Positions 1 through 9,981 of a stretch of 64,000 bases of DNA are shown here, one piece after another. The translations under genes and the position numbers were made by a program. The DNA comes from a virus. Location: the IMG/VR virus record IMGVR_UViG_3300035698_011327, positions 12,293 through 76,292 of that record. One strand, 5' to 3'. The notes under the pieces are model-generated. The model saw nothing but the letters and a program-made list of their open reading frames with translations. It had not been told where the DNA came from and ran no database searches. Every line of letters starts with the position of its first letter. Position 1 is the stretch's first letter.

Positions 1-1083
1 ATCCTGTCTCCTGAGGCACACCTGCCAATTGAGATCCGTAAGGATTTTATGTCACTTGAGCTTCCGTTGCCTGATGAAGGCGAGATCAGAACTTCTATGA
101 AACATATCTCTGATTCAGCACGCAAGCCTGATCTTATGAAGGGCGACCTTGAGCCTGTTGTACAAGCAGCAAAGGGCCTTACCCAAACTGAGATTGAAAA
201 CGTGCTCGCCTTGTCGTTTACCTCTAAAGGGTGCTTCGATGTAAAAACAATCAACGAACAGAAGATCCAAACAATTGAAAAGTCTGGGTTGATTGAAGTC
301 CTCAGGACTGATAGAAATTACAGCGACATCCTTGGCTACGAGAAAGGCAAGCGCATCGTCTCTAAGATGATCAAGAAACGAACATCTAAAGGCGTGCTAT
401 TCGCTGGCCCTCCCGGTTGTGGCAAGACTCTGTTTATGGAGTGTACCGTTGGTGAGTTTGACAAGATTGGCCTACTTATTAACTTTGGAAGGTTGTATTC
501 AAAGTTCCAAGGTGAAGGGTCGAACAATGTTGAAGAGATTATCGACGTTATTGAGGCCGTTGGCGATTGCGTTGTCATTATGGATGAGTTTGAAAAGCAG
601 TTCGCAGGTGCCGGTTCTTCTGGCGATACCGATTCTGGTACAGCCCGAAGGATGACCGGACGGTGGCTCCAGTTTATGCAGGAGAAACCCGAAGGTGTCT
701 ATATGATGGGTACTTGTAACTCATTCAAGGGAATCCCTGATGAATACCTCAGGGTAGGTCGTTGGGATTCAAGCCCCTTCTTCATTGATATGCCTAATGA
801 GTTGGAAAAACTTGCTATCCTTGACTACTATGTCAACAAACTAAAGCTTGACGTTAGCATTAAAAAAGCTGATCTCCCTAAGATGGAAAAGTGGACTGGT
901 GCTGAAATAGAGGGTATGTGCGGTATGTCTATGAACATGGACTGTAGCCTCAAAGAAGCAGCCAATTACATTGTTCCTCAAAACAAAAGGGGATTCGCTG
1001 AAGCCGATGCTCTCAGAGAGTTCTGTATCGACGCTTCGGATGTCGTTGTCAAAGACGGCAAACGCAGACTCGACGTTGCCTAA
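1..1083 (+). CDS. AAA+ ATPase, Ycf46-like (5' end truncated by window edge)
   Basis: Walker A GPPGCGKT, Walker B VVIMDEFEK, SRH-like LRVGRWD, WTGAEIE; frame is open from base 1. Confidence 0.85.
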   Translation: MLSPEAHLPIEIRKDFMSLELPLPDEGEIRTSMKHISDSARKPDLMKGDLEPVVQAAKGLTQTEIENVLALSFTSKGCFDVKTINEQKIQTIEKSGLIEVLRTDRNYSDILGYEKGKRIVSKMIKKRTSKGVLFAGPPGCGKTLFMECTVGEFDKIGLLINFGRLYSKFQGEGSNNVEEIIDVIEAVGDCVVIMDEFEKQFAGAGSSGDTDSGTARRMTGRWLQFMQEKPEGVYMMGTCNSFKGIPDEYLRVGRWDSSPFFIDMPNELEKLAILDYYVNKLKLDVSIKKADLPKMEKWTGAEIEGMCGMSMNMDCSLKEAANYIVPQNKRGFAEADALREFCIDASDVVVKDGKRRLDVA

Positions 1084-1092
1084 GGAGGGCAA

Positions 1093-1488
1093 ATGAACAC
1101 TATAACAAAGTTTTACGATATTGGCGACACGGGTGTATCAGTGGCCCGTGTCGAAGGCCAAGGAGGGTCACACCTTGTTGGTATCATCGACGCTAGCTAC
1201 CAAGACTTGGTTAAAGCATTTGGTGAGCATATGAGCGAAGGCGATGCTTACAAAGTAAGCGCTGAATGGGATCTTGATCTTATGTACGGCGGTGCGGCAA
1301 TATCCGTCACGATCTATGACTATAAGACAGGTAGAAATTACCTTGGTGCTGAAGGCGTTGACTACGAAATTAACCGTAAATGGCATATCGGTGCGGCCGG
1401 CAACGACCGCAAACATGCTATTGACTTTATTGAGATGGCGTTTGGTTACAAAATCAGCGTCGTCCAAAGACACGACAGAGGGAGGTGA
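1093..1488 (+). CDS. hypothetical phage protein
   Basis: 131 aa ORF with AGGAGGG RBS. Confidence 0.7.
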   Translation: MNTITKFYDIGDTGVSVARVEGQGGSHLVGIIDASYQDLVKAFGEHMSEGDAYKVSAEWDLDLMYGGAAISVTIYDYKTGRNYLGAEGVDYEINRKWHIGAAGNDRKHAIDFIEMAFGYKISVVQRHDRGR

Positions 1489-1492
1489 ATAG

Positions 1493-1747
1493 ATGCTGAG
1501 AGTATCGGTACCAAACCAGAGGTCTGCTACTTTCACCTATAAGTGCCCTTGTGATTCTATCGTTGAAGAAGGGGATGTGTTACATGTCTGCTCTATCTGT
1601 GGCGACTGGCTTTGTAAAGGGTGCTTCGATTACGACTCTAAAGGAGAGCCTGGAATCTATATTTGTGAAGAATGTGTCAGCATTAGCAAAATAGTAAGGC
1701 CAGAAAAATTACACAACCGTTCAGAGACAATACAAGGAGGTGAATAA
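1493..1747 (+). CDS. Cys-rich zinc-finger protein
   Basis: Multiple CxxC pairs; GGAGGTG RBS. Confidence 0.6.
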   Translation: MLRVSVPNQRSATFTYKCPCDSIVEEGDVLHVCSICGDWLCKGCFDYDSKGEPGIYICEECVSISKIVRPEKLHNRSETIQGGE

Positions 1748-1948
1748 ATGTCAAGAGTTGAAATCATTTTAGGTGACGATGGGTCAATCAAGTCAGAAGC
1801 CTTTGACTTTAAAGGTGCTACTTGTGAGGCTGCTACACAATTCCTTGATGAGCTATTCGGTGACGCCGACGAAGTGGAACATAAAACGGAGTATTATCTC
1901 CGCAATAAGAACACAGACTTTATCTGCGATAGCGATTGGTGCGGATAA
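1748..1948 (+). CDS. DUF2997-like small protein
   Basis: DGSIKSEAFDFKGATCEAATQFL...HKTEYY pattern; usual neighbour of Ycf46-type AAA ATPases. Confidence 0.7.
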   Translation: MSRVEIILGDDGSIKSEAFDFKGATCEAATQFLDELFGDADEVEHKTEYYLRNKNTDFICDSDWCG

Positions 1949-1954
1949 TATAGC

Positions 1955-1983
1955 TTTACTTTCTCTCAGATCCATAGTATAGT
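1955..1983 (+). promoter_or_regulatory. sigma70-like promoter
   Basis: TTTACT-17 nt-TATAGT; the -10 box lies within a long inverted repeat (1975-2015). Confidence 0.5.
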
Positions 1984-2020
1984 TTGCTTGTCTGTAAAGC
2001 AAGTAAACTATACTAAACAG

Positions 2021-2092
2021 AAAGCCCTGAGAGTCTTGTAGCGGTAACGCTATGAGGCGGTACTTGCTACCGCAGACAACTCTCAGGGTTTT
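2021..2092 (+). ncRNA. structured three-way-junction leader, copy 1
   Basis: Outer stem CCCTGAGAGT/ACTCTCAGGG, hairpin TAGCG-GTAA-CGCTA, hairpin GCGGTA/TACCGC; homologous to 12825-12896. Confidence 0.6.
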
Positions 2093-2108
2093 TTATTTAG
2101 GGAGTGCT

Positions 2109-2588
2109 ATGATGAAGAGGAAACCTAGAAAATATTGTGAATGTGGGTGCGGCGAAATAGTGAACCAAGGTATGAGATACCTATTTGGACACAACAGGAT
2201 AGGAAAATCAAATGCTGGAAATAAACACCCAATGTGGGGGAAGAAACACAAGCCAGAATCGAAAAGACAAATGTCTATATCGAGATCTGGGGCTAACAAC
2301 CCTAATTGGAAAGGTGGAAAAACTTGGGAAACATACTGCCCAATATGGTTTACACCTGAATTCAAAGAGATGGTGAAAGAAAGGGATGGGCATAAATGTA
2401 TGAACCCTTTGTGTAAAGGTCCTAGCAAAAGACTCGCAATACACCATATAGACTATGATAAGAAAAATTGTAGCCCGTTGAATCTAATATCAATCTGTAA
2501 TTCTTGTAATGCTAGAGCAAATTTCAACAGATCATTTTGGCAAGAACACTATAAAAACATAATAAGGGAGGTGGTAATGAATGAGTAA
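2109..2588 (+). CDS. HNH homing endonuclease with NUMOD3 repeat
   Basis: N-terminal CECGCG, HPMWGKKH, NPNWKGG, HHIDYDKKNC..NL..C..CN. Confidence 0.85.
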   Translation: MMKRKPRKYCECGCGEIVNQGMRYLFGHNRIGKSNAGNKHPMWGKKHKPESKRQMSISRSGANNPNWKGGKTWETYCPIWFTPEFKEMVKERDGHKCMNPLCKGPSKRLAIHHIDYDKKNCSPLNLISICNSCNARANFNRSFWQEHYKNIIREVVMNE

Positions 2589-2802
2589 AAAGCTGCCAAA
2601 ACTCTTTAAAGAGTATGGCGAAATGCACTCTGAGGGGATAATCTCAATCGAGAATGTCCCCGCCAGAGTATCCGTTGGAGACTTAGGCATACAAATTGCT
2701 AAGGATGGTCGAGTATGGATATGTATAGATGGAGTGGCCTTCTTAAGATTTATGCCTAAGTCAAAATACAAAAAGTATAATGAACAGGAGGTGGTAAAAT
2801 GA
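2581..2802 (+). CDS. hypothetical protein
   Basis: ORF coupled to both neighbours, RBS present. Confidence 0.6.
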   Translation: MSKKLPKLFKEYGEMHSEGIISIENVPARVSVGDLGIQIAKDGRVWICIDGVAFLRFMPKSKYKKYNEQEVVK

Positions 2803-3680
2803 CAGAGCAGAAGACAGATAACCTTTACAGTGGTGGATGTTTAATCATCATCACCACTCGCTTCTGGGGAGCTACGAAAAAGATTGATCAAGACCAGCTC
2901 GGTGATCTTCCGAAGGAAATCGTCAGAGCTTCAAGAGACTTGCTATTAAGGACAGACAAGATCGAAGCGGTCAGAGGTATCCTTGGCGAGGCAAAGAGAT
3001 TTGTCAAGTCGAACACCATGGACTTCCCGATACCGTCTGTTGATTTTATCAGCAAGAATCGGATAAGCTTTGTTGATGAAGGACTCCAAAGCAGGAAGGA
3101 ATGGGCAGAAGGTGCGCTTGAAGATGTAATCGATGCGCTTGAACAGTTGAAAGCAGAGTATCAGGCCAAGTACCCCGATATGTACTCTGAAGCCAACTAC
3201 CCTACTCCAATCCAGTTGAGGGATAACTTCACGTTCGAATGGAAGTTCCGAACGATCAGTCCTCCAGGTAAGGAGCTGGGTATCTTGACCCCTGAGATTT
3301 ACGATAGGGCAAGGGCATCTTTTGATCATGATATGAAAGAATTTCAAGACGGATTAATTTCTGCCGTTGCGAAAGACTTTTATGACCGGATTGATAAGCT
3401 CAAGGCTCAATGCTTTGGGGGCGATATCTCTGCCTCAACAGTAAAGTCTATCAATAAAGTCCTTGAAAAATTCGATACCGTCTATGACGGGTGTATTGCT
3501 CACGAAGGACTCAAGGAAATGATCGATGACGTCAAGCTCTACATGGGAGGAACGGACGCAAATATGCTTAAAGCAGACGATGGCTTAAGGTCTATGGTTG
3601 GCAAGAAGATGAAGGAAGTCACTTCCTTGATCGTCAACTCAAAAGACAAAAGGCTTACACGTAGGCTTGATATAGCATAG
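2799..3680 (+). CDS. DUF3150-like helical protein
   Basis: 293 aa helical protein with ANYP..LRDNFTFEW motif, in AAA/DUF2997/DUF1257 context. Confidence 0.55.
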   Translation: MTEQKTDNLYSGGCLIIITTRFWGATKKIDQDQLGDLPKEIVRASRDLLLRTDKIEAVRGILGEAKRFVKSNTMDFPIPSVDFISKNRISFVDEGLQSRKEWAEGALEDVIDALEQLKAEYQAKYPDMYSEANYPTPIQLRDNFTFEWKFRTISPPGKELGILTPEIYDRARASFDHDMKEFQDGLISAVAKDFYDRIDKLKAQCFGGDISASTVKSINKVLEKFDTVYDGCIAHEGLKEMIDDVKLYMGGTDANMLKADDGLRSMVGKKMKEVTSLIVNSKDKRLTRRLDIA

Positions 3681-3696
3681 TTCGTTGTAGCAAGTT

Positions 3697-3730
3697 AAAG
3701 GGCCTCACCCCTACGGGGTGAGACCTTTTT
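3697..3730 (+). terminator. intrinsic terminator-like hairpin
   Basis: CTCACCCC-TACG-GGGTGAG hairpin followed by a T run. Confidence 0.55.
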
Positions 3731-3760
3731 GAAAGTTACAACTAACCAAGAGGAGGTCAA

Positions 3761-4507
3761 ATGAGGATCTATTCAAAGTTCCACGACTACTATGATATTG
3801 CTCTTACGCATGGCATTGACCCTAATGCCGTGTATAAGCGTAACGTATCAGAGTTTAGTTGCAATGCAACTGAATACGAGAGGATGTTAGAGGTGCCGGA
3901 AATTAAGACTGCTATAAGCAGAATGCCTTCCCGACCTTGGAATCAGAATGGAGTGTGCATAGACATAGGGTATATCATTATATTTTGCGGTAAATTATAC
4001 CCTTGTGCCAGATATACATTCACCCCAGAGCAGGGCTATAGAAAAAATAAATTCAAATTCTGTTTCAAAGAAGAAGATGTCTCTGCTTTTATATCTAAGT
4101 ATGGAACGAAAGAAGAAAAAAGGCATTACTTTAAAGCAGCAAGACAGGCAGGATATTACAGCCAATGCTTCAGGCGTGCGGGAATAGAATCCGTCAAAAG
4201 GCTTTATGATGTTCCTAAAGACAGGACGCCTGCTATAGTAGATTGGCAGTGTGAGATAGGAGTACCTATCTCTGTCGTCTCTTCTGAAAGAGAATACAAG
4301 CTCATCTACAATCCTGTGCTTAAAGACCTTAGATTCTACAAGGTGCTTGATCCTTACACGGCATTCCAAGAATTATCTATGTTTATTAGTGGAGTAATGG
4401 GAGGTAGTGCTCCTCCTATGATACAAATAAGCGATGAAATTAGACTTGAAAAGCACGGGTTTGATAAAAAGACTAGCTTCAGAAAAGACCCTACAAAAAG
4501 GAGGTGA
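3761..4507 (+). CDS. hypothetical phage protein
   Basis: 248 aa ORF, GAGGAGG RBS. Confidence 0.75.
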   Translation: MRIYSKFHDYYDIALTHGIDPNAVYKRNVSEFSCNATEYERMLEVPEIKTAISRMPSRPWNQNGVCIDIGYIIIFCGKLYPCARYTFTPEQGYRKNKFKFCFKEEDVSAFISKYGTKEEKRHYFKAARQAGYYSQCFRRAGIESVKRLYDVPKDRTPAIVDWQCEIGVPISVVSSEREYKLIYNPVLKDLRFYKVLDPYTAFQELSMFISGVMGGSAPPMIQISDEIRLEKHGFDKKTSFRKDPTKRR

Positions 4508-4719
4508 TTTGACTGTATATTCACGAAGCCGTAGAAAAGGCTTGCCTTGAACCGACTTTGCTTGATGCGTTAACCTGGATATGCATATGGGAATCAGAGC
4601 GTGTCGTGAAACAGGCAAGAGAACATCCAGAATGGGAAACTTGTTTCAGAATATGTATAAAACAAGTCCTAGAGAGCTATGATCTTGATCTAACAAGAAT
4701 ATAAAGGAGGTGGTTGTAG

Positions 4720-4968
4720 ATGGAGGATGATTTATTTACCACGTTAAGGAGAAGATTGGTAGCAAGAATAAACGAATCTTCTATGGAAAGAGAAGCCCTT
4801 GAAAGGCGCTATGGTAAGGTGTACGATACCAAAGAACTCCAAGAGCATTTCACAGTAAGATCATTTGCTGCTCCGTTTTGTATGGTAACAGAAATGGCGA
4901 CTGGTAAGGATGGAGCGTTAATGTTCCAACACATGCCACGATTCTACTTTGATTTCACGGAGGTATAA
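4720..4968 (+). CDS. hypothetical protein
   Basis: RBS AAGGAGGTG; C-terminal FQHMPRFYF. Confidence 0.65.
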   Translation: MEDDLFTTLRRRLVARINESSMEREALERRYGKVYDTKELQEHFTVRSFAAPFCMVTEMATGKDGALMFQHMPRFYFDFTEV

Positions 4969-5216
4969 TGATACAGCCACTAAGCGAGAAACAACTTGAG
5001 GCTTTACCTCAAGAGATGGACAGGGAAAGGAAGCCATTCAGGGTAATGTCCGATGGTATGGCTACGAACATTTGTACCGGCCACCAATATAGCAAGGGGT
5101 CTAACATTATGTACCATCCCTTGTACTGGGATAGGCCAAGGGCATTCCTTGACGCTGTTCTTTGCGACCTTAAAAAGAACAACCCGAATGTAATCTTCAA
5201 AGTATCTTACCATTAA
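4968..5216 (+). CDS. hypothetical protein
   Basis: TAATG coupling with upstream ORF. Confidence 0.6.
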   Translation: MIQPLSEKQLEALPQEMDRERKPFRVMSDGMATNICTGHQYSKGSNIMYHPLYWDRPRAFLDAVLCDLKKNNPNVIFKVSYH

Positions 5217-5225
5217 GGAGGAAAA

Positions 5226-5657
5226 ATGATAGAACAAAGCAAGATCGATGAGAAGGCATCCGAAATCCACAATTGGTTACAGGATGCCGTTGGTGATTAC
5301 GCCGGCAATATCTTCGGATTCAATATGAATCAGAATCCCAAGCCTGATTTCTATGGCGACCCAAAAGCCGAAGCATGGTTCAAGGAAATGAAGAGAAACG
5401 CTGCTCATTGGAGTGGCCCTTGTGATTATTGCGGGGCATACGCCGACTACCTTTACGATGACGTTGGAACGTTGTGTGACCTAGCTGGCGACAGAATCTG
5501 TGACGCCTGTTCCGAACTAGGTGTAAGCTATAGCAAGCTTGATCTCTACAAGGAAACATTCAACCGCATAGCCCAAGCCATTGCCGATAGAGGGCATAAT
5601 GGTTTGAAAGAAGCGTGCGAGAAGATGATGTACCCAAGAGGAGGGCAAGATGGCTGA
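5226..5657 (+). CDS. hypothetical protein
   Basis: RBS AAGGAGG, CxxC motifs. Confidence 0.65.
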   Translation: MIEQSKIDEKASEIHNWLQDAVGDYAGNIFGFNMNQNPKPDFYGDPKAEAWFKEMKRNAAHWSGPCDYCGAYADYLYDDVGTLCDLAGDRICDACSELGVSYSKLDLYKETFNRIAQAIADRGHNGLKEACEKMMYPRGGQDG

Positions 5658-5910
5658 AAAAGAATATGCTATTTGCTCTTGCGGCCTTATGATGAGGCCT
5701 TATGGGGCGTGCCTTACAGAGGAAGTCACCCTTACGGACGGCAAGGAATACAGCCGTATCCGGTTTGGTAGCGAATCAAACCAATGGGTGACGGACGACA
5801 CCGAATACTGTCACGACTGTAACGTTGCGGTTGGTACGTTCCACCACCAAGGGTGTGACGTAGAAGAATGTCCAAAATGCGGAGGGCAATTGCTCTCTTG
5901 CGGTTGCTAA
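5650..5910 (+). CDS. zinc-binding small protein
   Basis: CHDC...[22 protein letters not shown]. Confidence 0.7.
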   Translation: MAEKEYAICSCGLMMRPYGACLTEEVTLTDGKEYSRIRFGSESNQWVTDDTEYCHDCNVAVGTFHHQGCDVEECPKCGGQLLSCGC

Positions 5911-5955
5911 TATTAACCTCATGCAACGTAGTTGCATGGATTGAAAGGAGGAAAG

Positions 5956-6318
5956 ATGTCTCACGTAAGTCAATACAAGATCAAAGTTGGCGACCTTGAC
6001 TGTCTTAAGAAAGTGCTTGAAGAGAAGGGCATTGAGTACAGAGACGAAGAAGGCACCAAGGCAAAGCAGTATGGATCTAACAGAATCCCTTGTGCGTTGG
6101 CGTTCAAATTGCCTGGATGGGGTTACGAGTGTGCCGTTCAAGAAGATGGTCAAATATCGTATGACCATTTTGGTAGCCAACCTAACACGAAACACCTGTT
6201 AGGCGAAACTATCAGAGACTCAAACAAAGAAGCGGTAATGGAAAAAGTTTGGATGCTCGGAAAGAATTGGTGGGAAGAGAAAGTCGATAACGGACTCAAG
6301 ATAGTCATCGAGTTCTAA
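5956..6318 (+). CDS. DUF1257 (Ycf35-like) protein
   Basis: N-terminus MSHVSQYKIKVGDLDCLKKVL typical of the family; RBS AAGGAGG. Confidence 0.7.
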   Translation: MSHVSQYKIKVGDLDCLKKVLEEKGIEYRDEEGTKAKQYGSNRIPCALAFKLPGWGYECAVQEDGQISYDHFGSQPNTKHLLGETIRDSNKEAVMEKVWMLGKNWWEEKVDNGLKIVIEF

Positions 6319-6493
6319 AAAAGACTGCCAAGCGTTAAATTCGGGAATGAAAAGTCTTAAGGTATAGGTAGGTATAGGGTAAACTGTCTGCGTCGATTGT
6401 ACACGTGTATACGCTCTTTGTAGAGCGTGAATAGGTCTATTCTATATCCTACTTCTACCGGAAACCAGATAATTAGGCTAAAAGGAGGTGGTT

Positions 6494-6922
6494 ATGACGG
6501 AGCCAAAAAGAGTCAGAGGCATTAAACGCCTAGTTGACAGAGGGTTCAAGCTTAATAGCAAAATCAAAATGCTTAACAATGAGCTTGATGGCATTAAAGC
6601 TGATATCAAAAGGCACGCAAAAGCAACTATCCAAAATAATCTTTCTGGTTATGAGGCTAGGGTTGTTGTATCAGATAAACGCATAAATATTATCAAGCCG
6701 ATGGATGTTTGGAAACTTCTCAAAAGGAATATGAGTGATTTTCAAAGAGTCGTTAGTATCAAAGTTGGTTTGTTAAGGGATCTTGTTGGGAGTGAGGCTG
6801 TTGATAAGATAACAAAATCTTCTTTGGAAGAGTTTTTCTCTGTTAGATTCTATGGCCTTGATGAAAAAGAGGATGATACAGACTCTGGTAGACCAAGTAG
6901 AAGGATGGATACAGAGGCTTAA
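6494..6922 (+). CDS. hypothetical protein
   Basis: RBS AAGGAGGTG; coiled-coil-like N-terminus. Confidence 0.65.
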   Translation: MTEPKRVRGIKRLVDRGFKLNSKIKMLNNELDGIKADIKRHAKATIQNNLSGYEARVVVSDKRINIIKPMDVWKLLKRNMSDFQRVVSIKVGLLRDLVGSEAVDKITKSSLEEFFSVRFYGLDEKEDDTDSGRPSRRMDTEA

Positions 6923-7080
6923 AATAGCACGAATCATAGTGTTATAAAATCATTGTCTGCAATTGAGTATATCTTTGATATACGATAAGTAATCTAGATT
7001 AATTAATTATATAATATAAATGCGTGCGCGCACACGATGACAACATCCTTTATCGTGATAATGACTTGAAAGGAGGATGA

Positions 7081-7284
7081 ATGTTCGACGACCACTATGT
7101 CGTTTGTACTTTGATTGGGCTGGTTTGTTTGGTTGTAACATTCAAGATCATACTACTTGTTAGCAATGTTGTGGATAAGGTTGATAATATTCTTGATAGG
7201 GTTATATCCCTTGTTAGGATATCACACGAGGTTGAGACAAGGCCAGACTTAATAGCAAGCTTTGAAAAGGAAAGTGAAGCGTGA
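7081..7284 (+). CDS. small membrane protein
   Basis: Hydrophobic N-terminal segment, RBS. Confidence 0.55.
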   Translation: MFDDHYVVCTLIGLVCLVVTFKIILLVSNVVDKVDNILDRVISLVRISHEVETRPDLIASFEKESEA

Positions 7285-7366
7285 TACTAAAGTAATGATC
7301 TCTTCCAAGGCTCGTTGTGGAGGCAATGAGTCTTTGTAGAAACCAATACTAACAAAAGGAGGGTGT

Positions 7367-7591
7367 ATGAAAAAGAAATTTTCTATTAGGAAGTATGACG
7401 GCGATGACGCTTATAGTTATGCCGTATTCTTTGCTAAAGATGTCAAGAACATAAGAGGCCAGATTTTTTATCACGACGCTAGACCCTTAGTCTGCGGGTG
7501 TACAAAGAGAGAAGCAGTCTACCACTCTAAAGAATTTGAAAAGGAGCGTCAAGATGCTGAGGAGAAAAAGAGGAGACATGAGCAAGGATAG
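7367..7591 (+). CDS. hypothetical protein
   Basis: RBS AAGGAGG. Confidence 0.6.
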   Translation: MKKKFSIRKYDGDDAYSYAVFFAKDVKNIRGQIFYHDARPLVCGCTKREAVYHSKEFEKERQDAEEKKRRHEQG

Positions 7592-7690
7592 GCGTTGGAA
7601 AAGAGTCAGGTATCTCTGTAGGCAAGCAAGGTACGATGAAGCGTCACGCCTTGTAAAAAAGATTGAAAGAGATTGGGGGAGAAACTACTA

Positions 7691-8074
7691 ATGAAAACAA
7701 TTGGGATGATAGGAACCAGACGCAGGAATACATTCAATGATCGGAAAGATTGTATCCAAGCCTTTGAAGCGATATATGAGGCGGGTGATATACTTGTTAG
7801 TGGTGGATGCCCTAAAGGTGGAGATAATTTTGCCGAATTTATTGCTAAAGAAGACGGCATAGGCATATTGATTTTCTATCCTAATTGGAACAAGTATCAT
7901 AGAGCTGCTGGGTTTGTAAGAAATTCAGACATAGCAGATAACTCCGATGTTCTTATTGCTTGTGTAGCAGAGGACAGGAAGGGTGGAACAGAGGACACGA
8001 TCAAAAAATTTATCAAGAAGTTTTCCTTCGATGAAAAAGCTGCTGTGAAAGAAGGAAAACTAATTTTAGTGTAA
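7691..8074 (+). CDS. SLOG/DprA-like (DUF2493/YspA-type) nucleotide-binding protein
   Basis: IGMIGTRR, LVSGGCPKGGD.FAE, AGFVRNSDIA, GGTEDTI. Confidence 0.75.
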   Translation: MKTIGMIGTRRRNTFNDRKDCIQAFEAIYEAGDILVSGGCPKGGDNFAEFIAKEDGIGILIFYPNWNKYHRAAGFVRNSDIADNSDVLIACVAEDRKGGTEDTIKKFIKKFSFDEKAAVKEGKLILV

Positions 8075-8083
8075 GGAGGTAAC

Positions 8084-8302
8084 ATGGACACTGTAAGAGT
8101 AATTGAGTATGGAAAAAAAGAGGACAGAGAAGATCATCCTGAGAATTGGCACACAGTTGATATTTCAGAATTCAAACCAAAGCTTACTAAACAGGGGACA
8201 TTCGTCAAGTACCAAAGAAACATTATAATCAAAGCCATCTTTGATTCAATGGACAATCCAAACAAGAAATTTATCATTGAGAAAGGAAAATTCGGGAGGT
8301 GA
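8084..8302 (+). CDS. hypothetical protein
   Basis: RBS AAGGAGG. Confidence 0.55.
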   Translation: MDTVRVIEYGKKEDREDHPENWHTVDISEFKPKLTKQGTFVKYQRNIIIKAIFDSMDNPNKKFIIEKGKFGR

Positions 8303-8306
8303 TTAG

Positions 8307-8657
8307 ATGAATAAGATGGCACCAATAATTGCTACTCTTGCTTTTATTATCTCTGGGTGTGCTCCAACAATCCCTGTAATTTGTAGACAGCAAGTATTAA
8401 GCCAATACGCTGCGGCGTTAGACTCTGATGATGTCTATAAAGCAGAGATATGGTATGTAGCATCGCCTGATGTCACAAGAGCACATAGTGCAGTAAGAGT
8501 GCTTGTATCTGAAGGAGATGGATACAAATGGTATTGGGTTGCTCAACCGACGATGTCTTTAAAACTTGAAGAAAAATTACATCGTTCATATACCCCAGTC
8601 AAAGTCGTTGACTGGGATGAAGCTGTTAGCTGGTCAAAAAGCTTGAAAAGGAGGTGA
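8307..8657 (+). CDS. putative lipoprotein
   Basis: Signal peptide with lipobox-like ISGC. Confidence 0.55.
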   Translation: MNKMAPIIATLAFIISGCAPTIPVICRQQVLSQYAAALDSDDVYKAEIWYVASPDVTRAHSAVRVLVSEGDGYKWYWVAQPTMSLKLEEKLHRSYTPVKVVDWDEAVSWSKSLKRR

Positions 8658-8990
8658 TTATAGTTGACTTATCCAAAAAGAGTCATTAAGGTTAAATGTA
8701 GGAGATGTAAGCACGACTTTGATGAAGAGGATGTTGAGTTTGTTAACGTTGAAGAAGACTTTTTTGGAGCAGATATCTTAACATTCGTTTGTCCTGAGTG
8801 TGGGCAAACTACAACTTCAAACAGAAGGGGGTGATATAGTTGGGAAGAAAAGAAGGGAATTACCTGAGTGGTGGAAGCCTTGAACTAGCGCAGATGCTTG
8901 GAGAGATAATAATGTTCTATGAACCTGCGTTCTCTCCTCCTGAAGCGTTTAACCTTATTATGAAACTCATGAATAGGGGGATTAGAATAA

Positions 8991-9776
8991 GTGAAAAAAA
9001 ATCCACTGGACGGAATAACAATAAACGGAAAAGCTTTAGCAGACTCTGATATCTTTGAGAAAGGATGTGAGAAGGAGTCAAATCTTCTAGCTGATAAGAT
9101 TTCAAAAGAAGAAAAAACTTCCGCTAAAAGCAGCAGGAAGTTGATCTATCACAAACCAAGAGATCATAGATTAAAAAAAGATCACGGTGAAATCGATTAT
9201 GGGAGGAAACTTAATATGGCTGAAATAAATGGCGAGTACCTTGAGACTAACCTTAAGGCAGCACAATCAATAAGAGAGGGTGTCGTTGCTTGTTTACTTA
9301 CAGGCAAAAAGCTTACAGCTGGTGAGATAAGTATGCTCATCTCTGATCGCTTTAAACTCTATTCGAATGCTACCGCAGCTGCTATGTATAGCATAAATAA
9401 AACAGAGCTTGGTAGGCTAATAAATAAAGCTCCACACAGGGGACATTTTATTTATCAGCTTATCGAACCCGCTTGTCACATGTCTTTCAAGACTGCGCTT
9501 TGTTTGATGCTGAAATCGAACAAGATTATAACATTAAGGACTGTTGGGACATGTACAGATAATCCAAAGTTCCAGGGAGTCATAGACAGGCTGATGGGCT
9601 GGGATAAAGAAGAAGAAATACTTTTAGCAGATGAGGGACCTGTTAAGGAAGTGTGGCCAGCTGAAGGGTTTATTGAAGATGCCAGAAAACGGCTGTCTGA
9701 TGTACTAGGGGTCGATGTAAAAATCGACATAAATATTAACATTGAATTTGGCCCGATTGGTGGCTATGAAAAATGA
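8991..9776 (+). CDS. hypothetical protein, possible winged-HTH region
   Basis: 261 aa ORF; LTAGEISMLIS helix pattern. Confidence 0.6.
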   Translation: MKKNPLDGITINGKALADSDIFEKGCEKESNLLADKISKEEKTSAKSSRKLIYHKPRDHRLKKDHGEIDYGRKLNMAEINGEYLETNLKAAQSIREGVVACLLTGKKLTAGEISMLISDRFKLYSNATAAAMYSINKTELGRLINKAPHRGHFIYQLIEPACHMSFKTALCLMLKSNKIITLRTVGTCTDNPKFQGVIDRLMGWDKEEEILLADEGPVKEVWPAEGFIEDARKRLSDVLGVDVKIDININIEFGPIGGYEK

Positions 9777-9981
9777 AGGAGGTGATTAGGTGAAATATGA
9801 TAAAAGAAACTGTTCAAAAAGAGATGGAATGTATTGTCTGCTTAAATAGGCAAATCATCCATCGCAAAGAGCACAAGAACAAAAAGGTGGGGCACAGAAA
9901 AGGATTATGGTGCCATGTCTGTAAGCGGAAGACCAAGCACGTTGAGCTACCTGAATTCAGAATGGAATAGCGGAGGTGTTT

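Noticed and set aside
6923-7070. Replication origin in the AT-rich intergenic stretch
   Set aside because: An AT-rich tract and short palindromes are present, but there are no iterons or other support.
1480-8660. Shared C-terminal endings GGE*, KRR*, GR*
   Set aside because: These are explained by overlap with the next gene's AGGAGGTGA Shine-Dalgarno sequence, unlike the RR[LIM]D motif.
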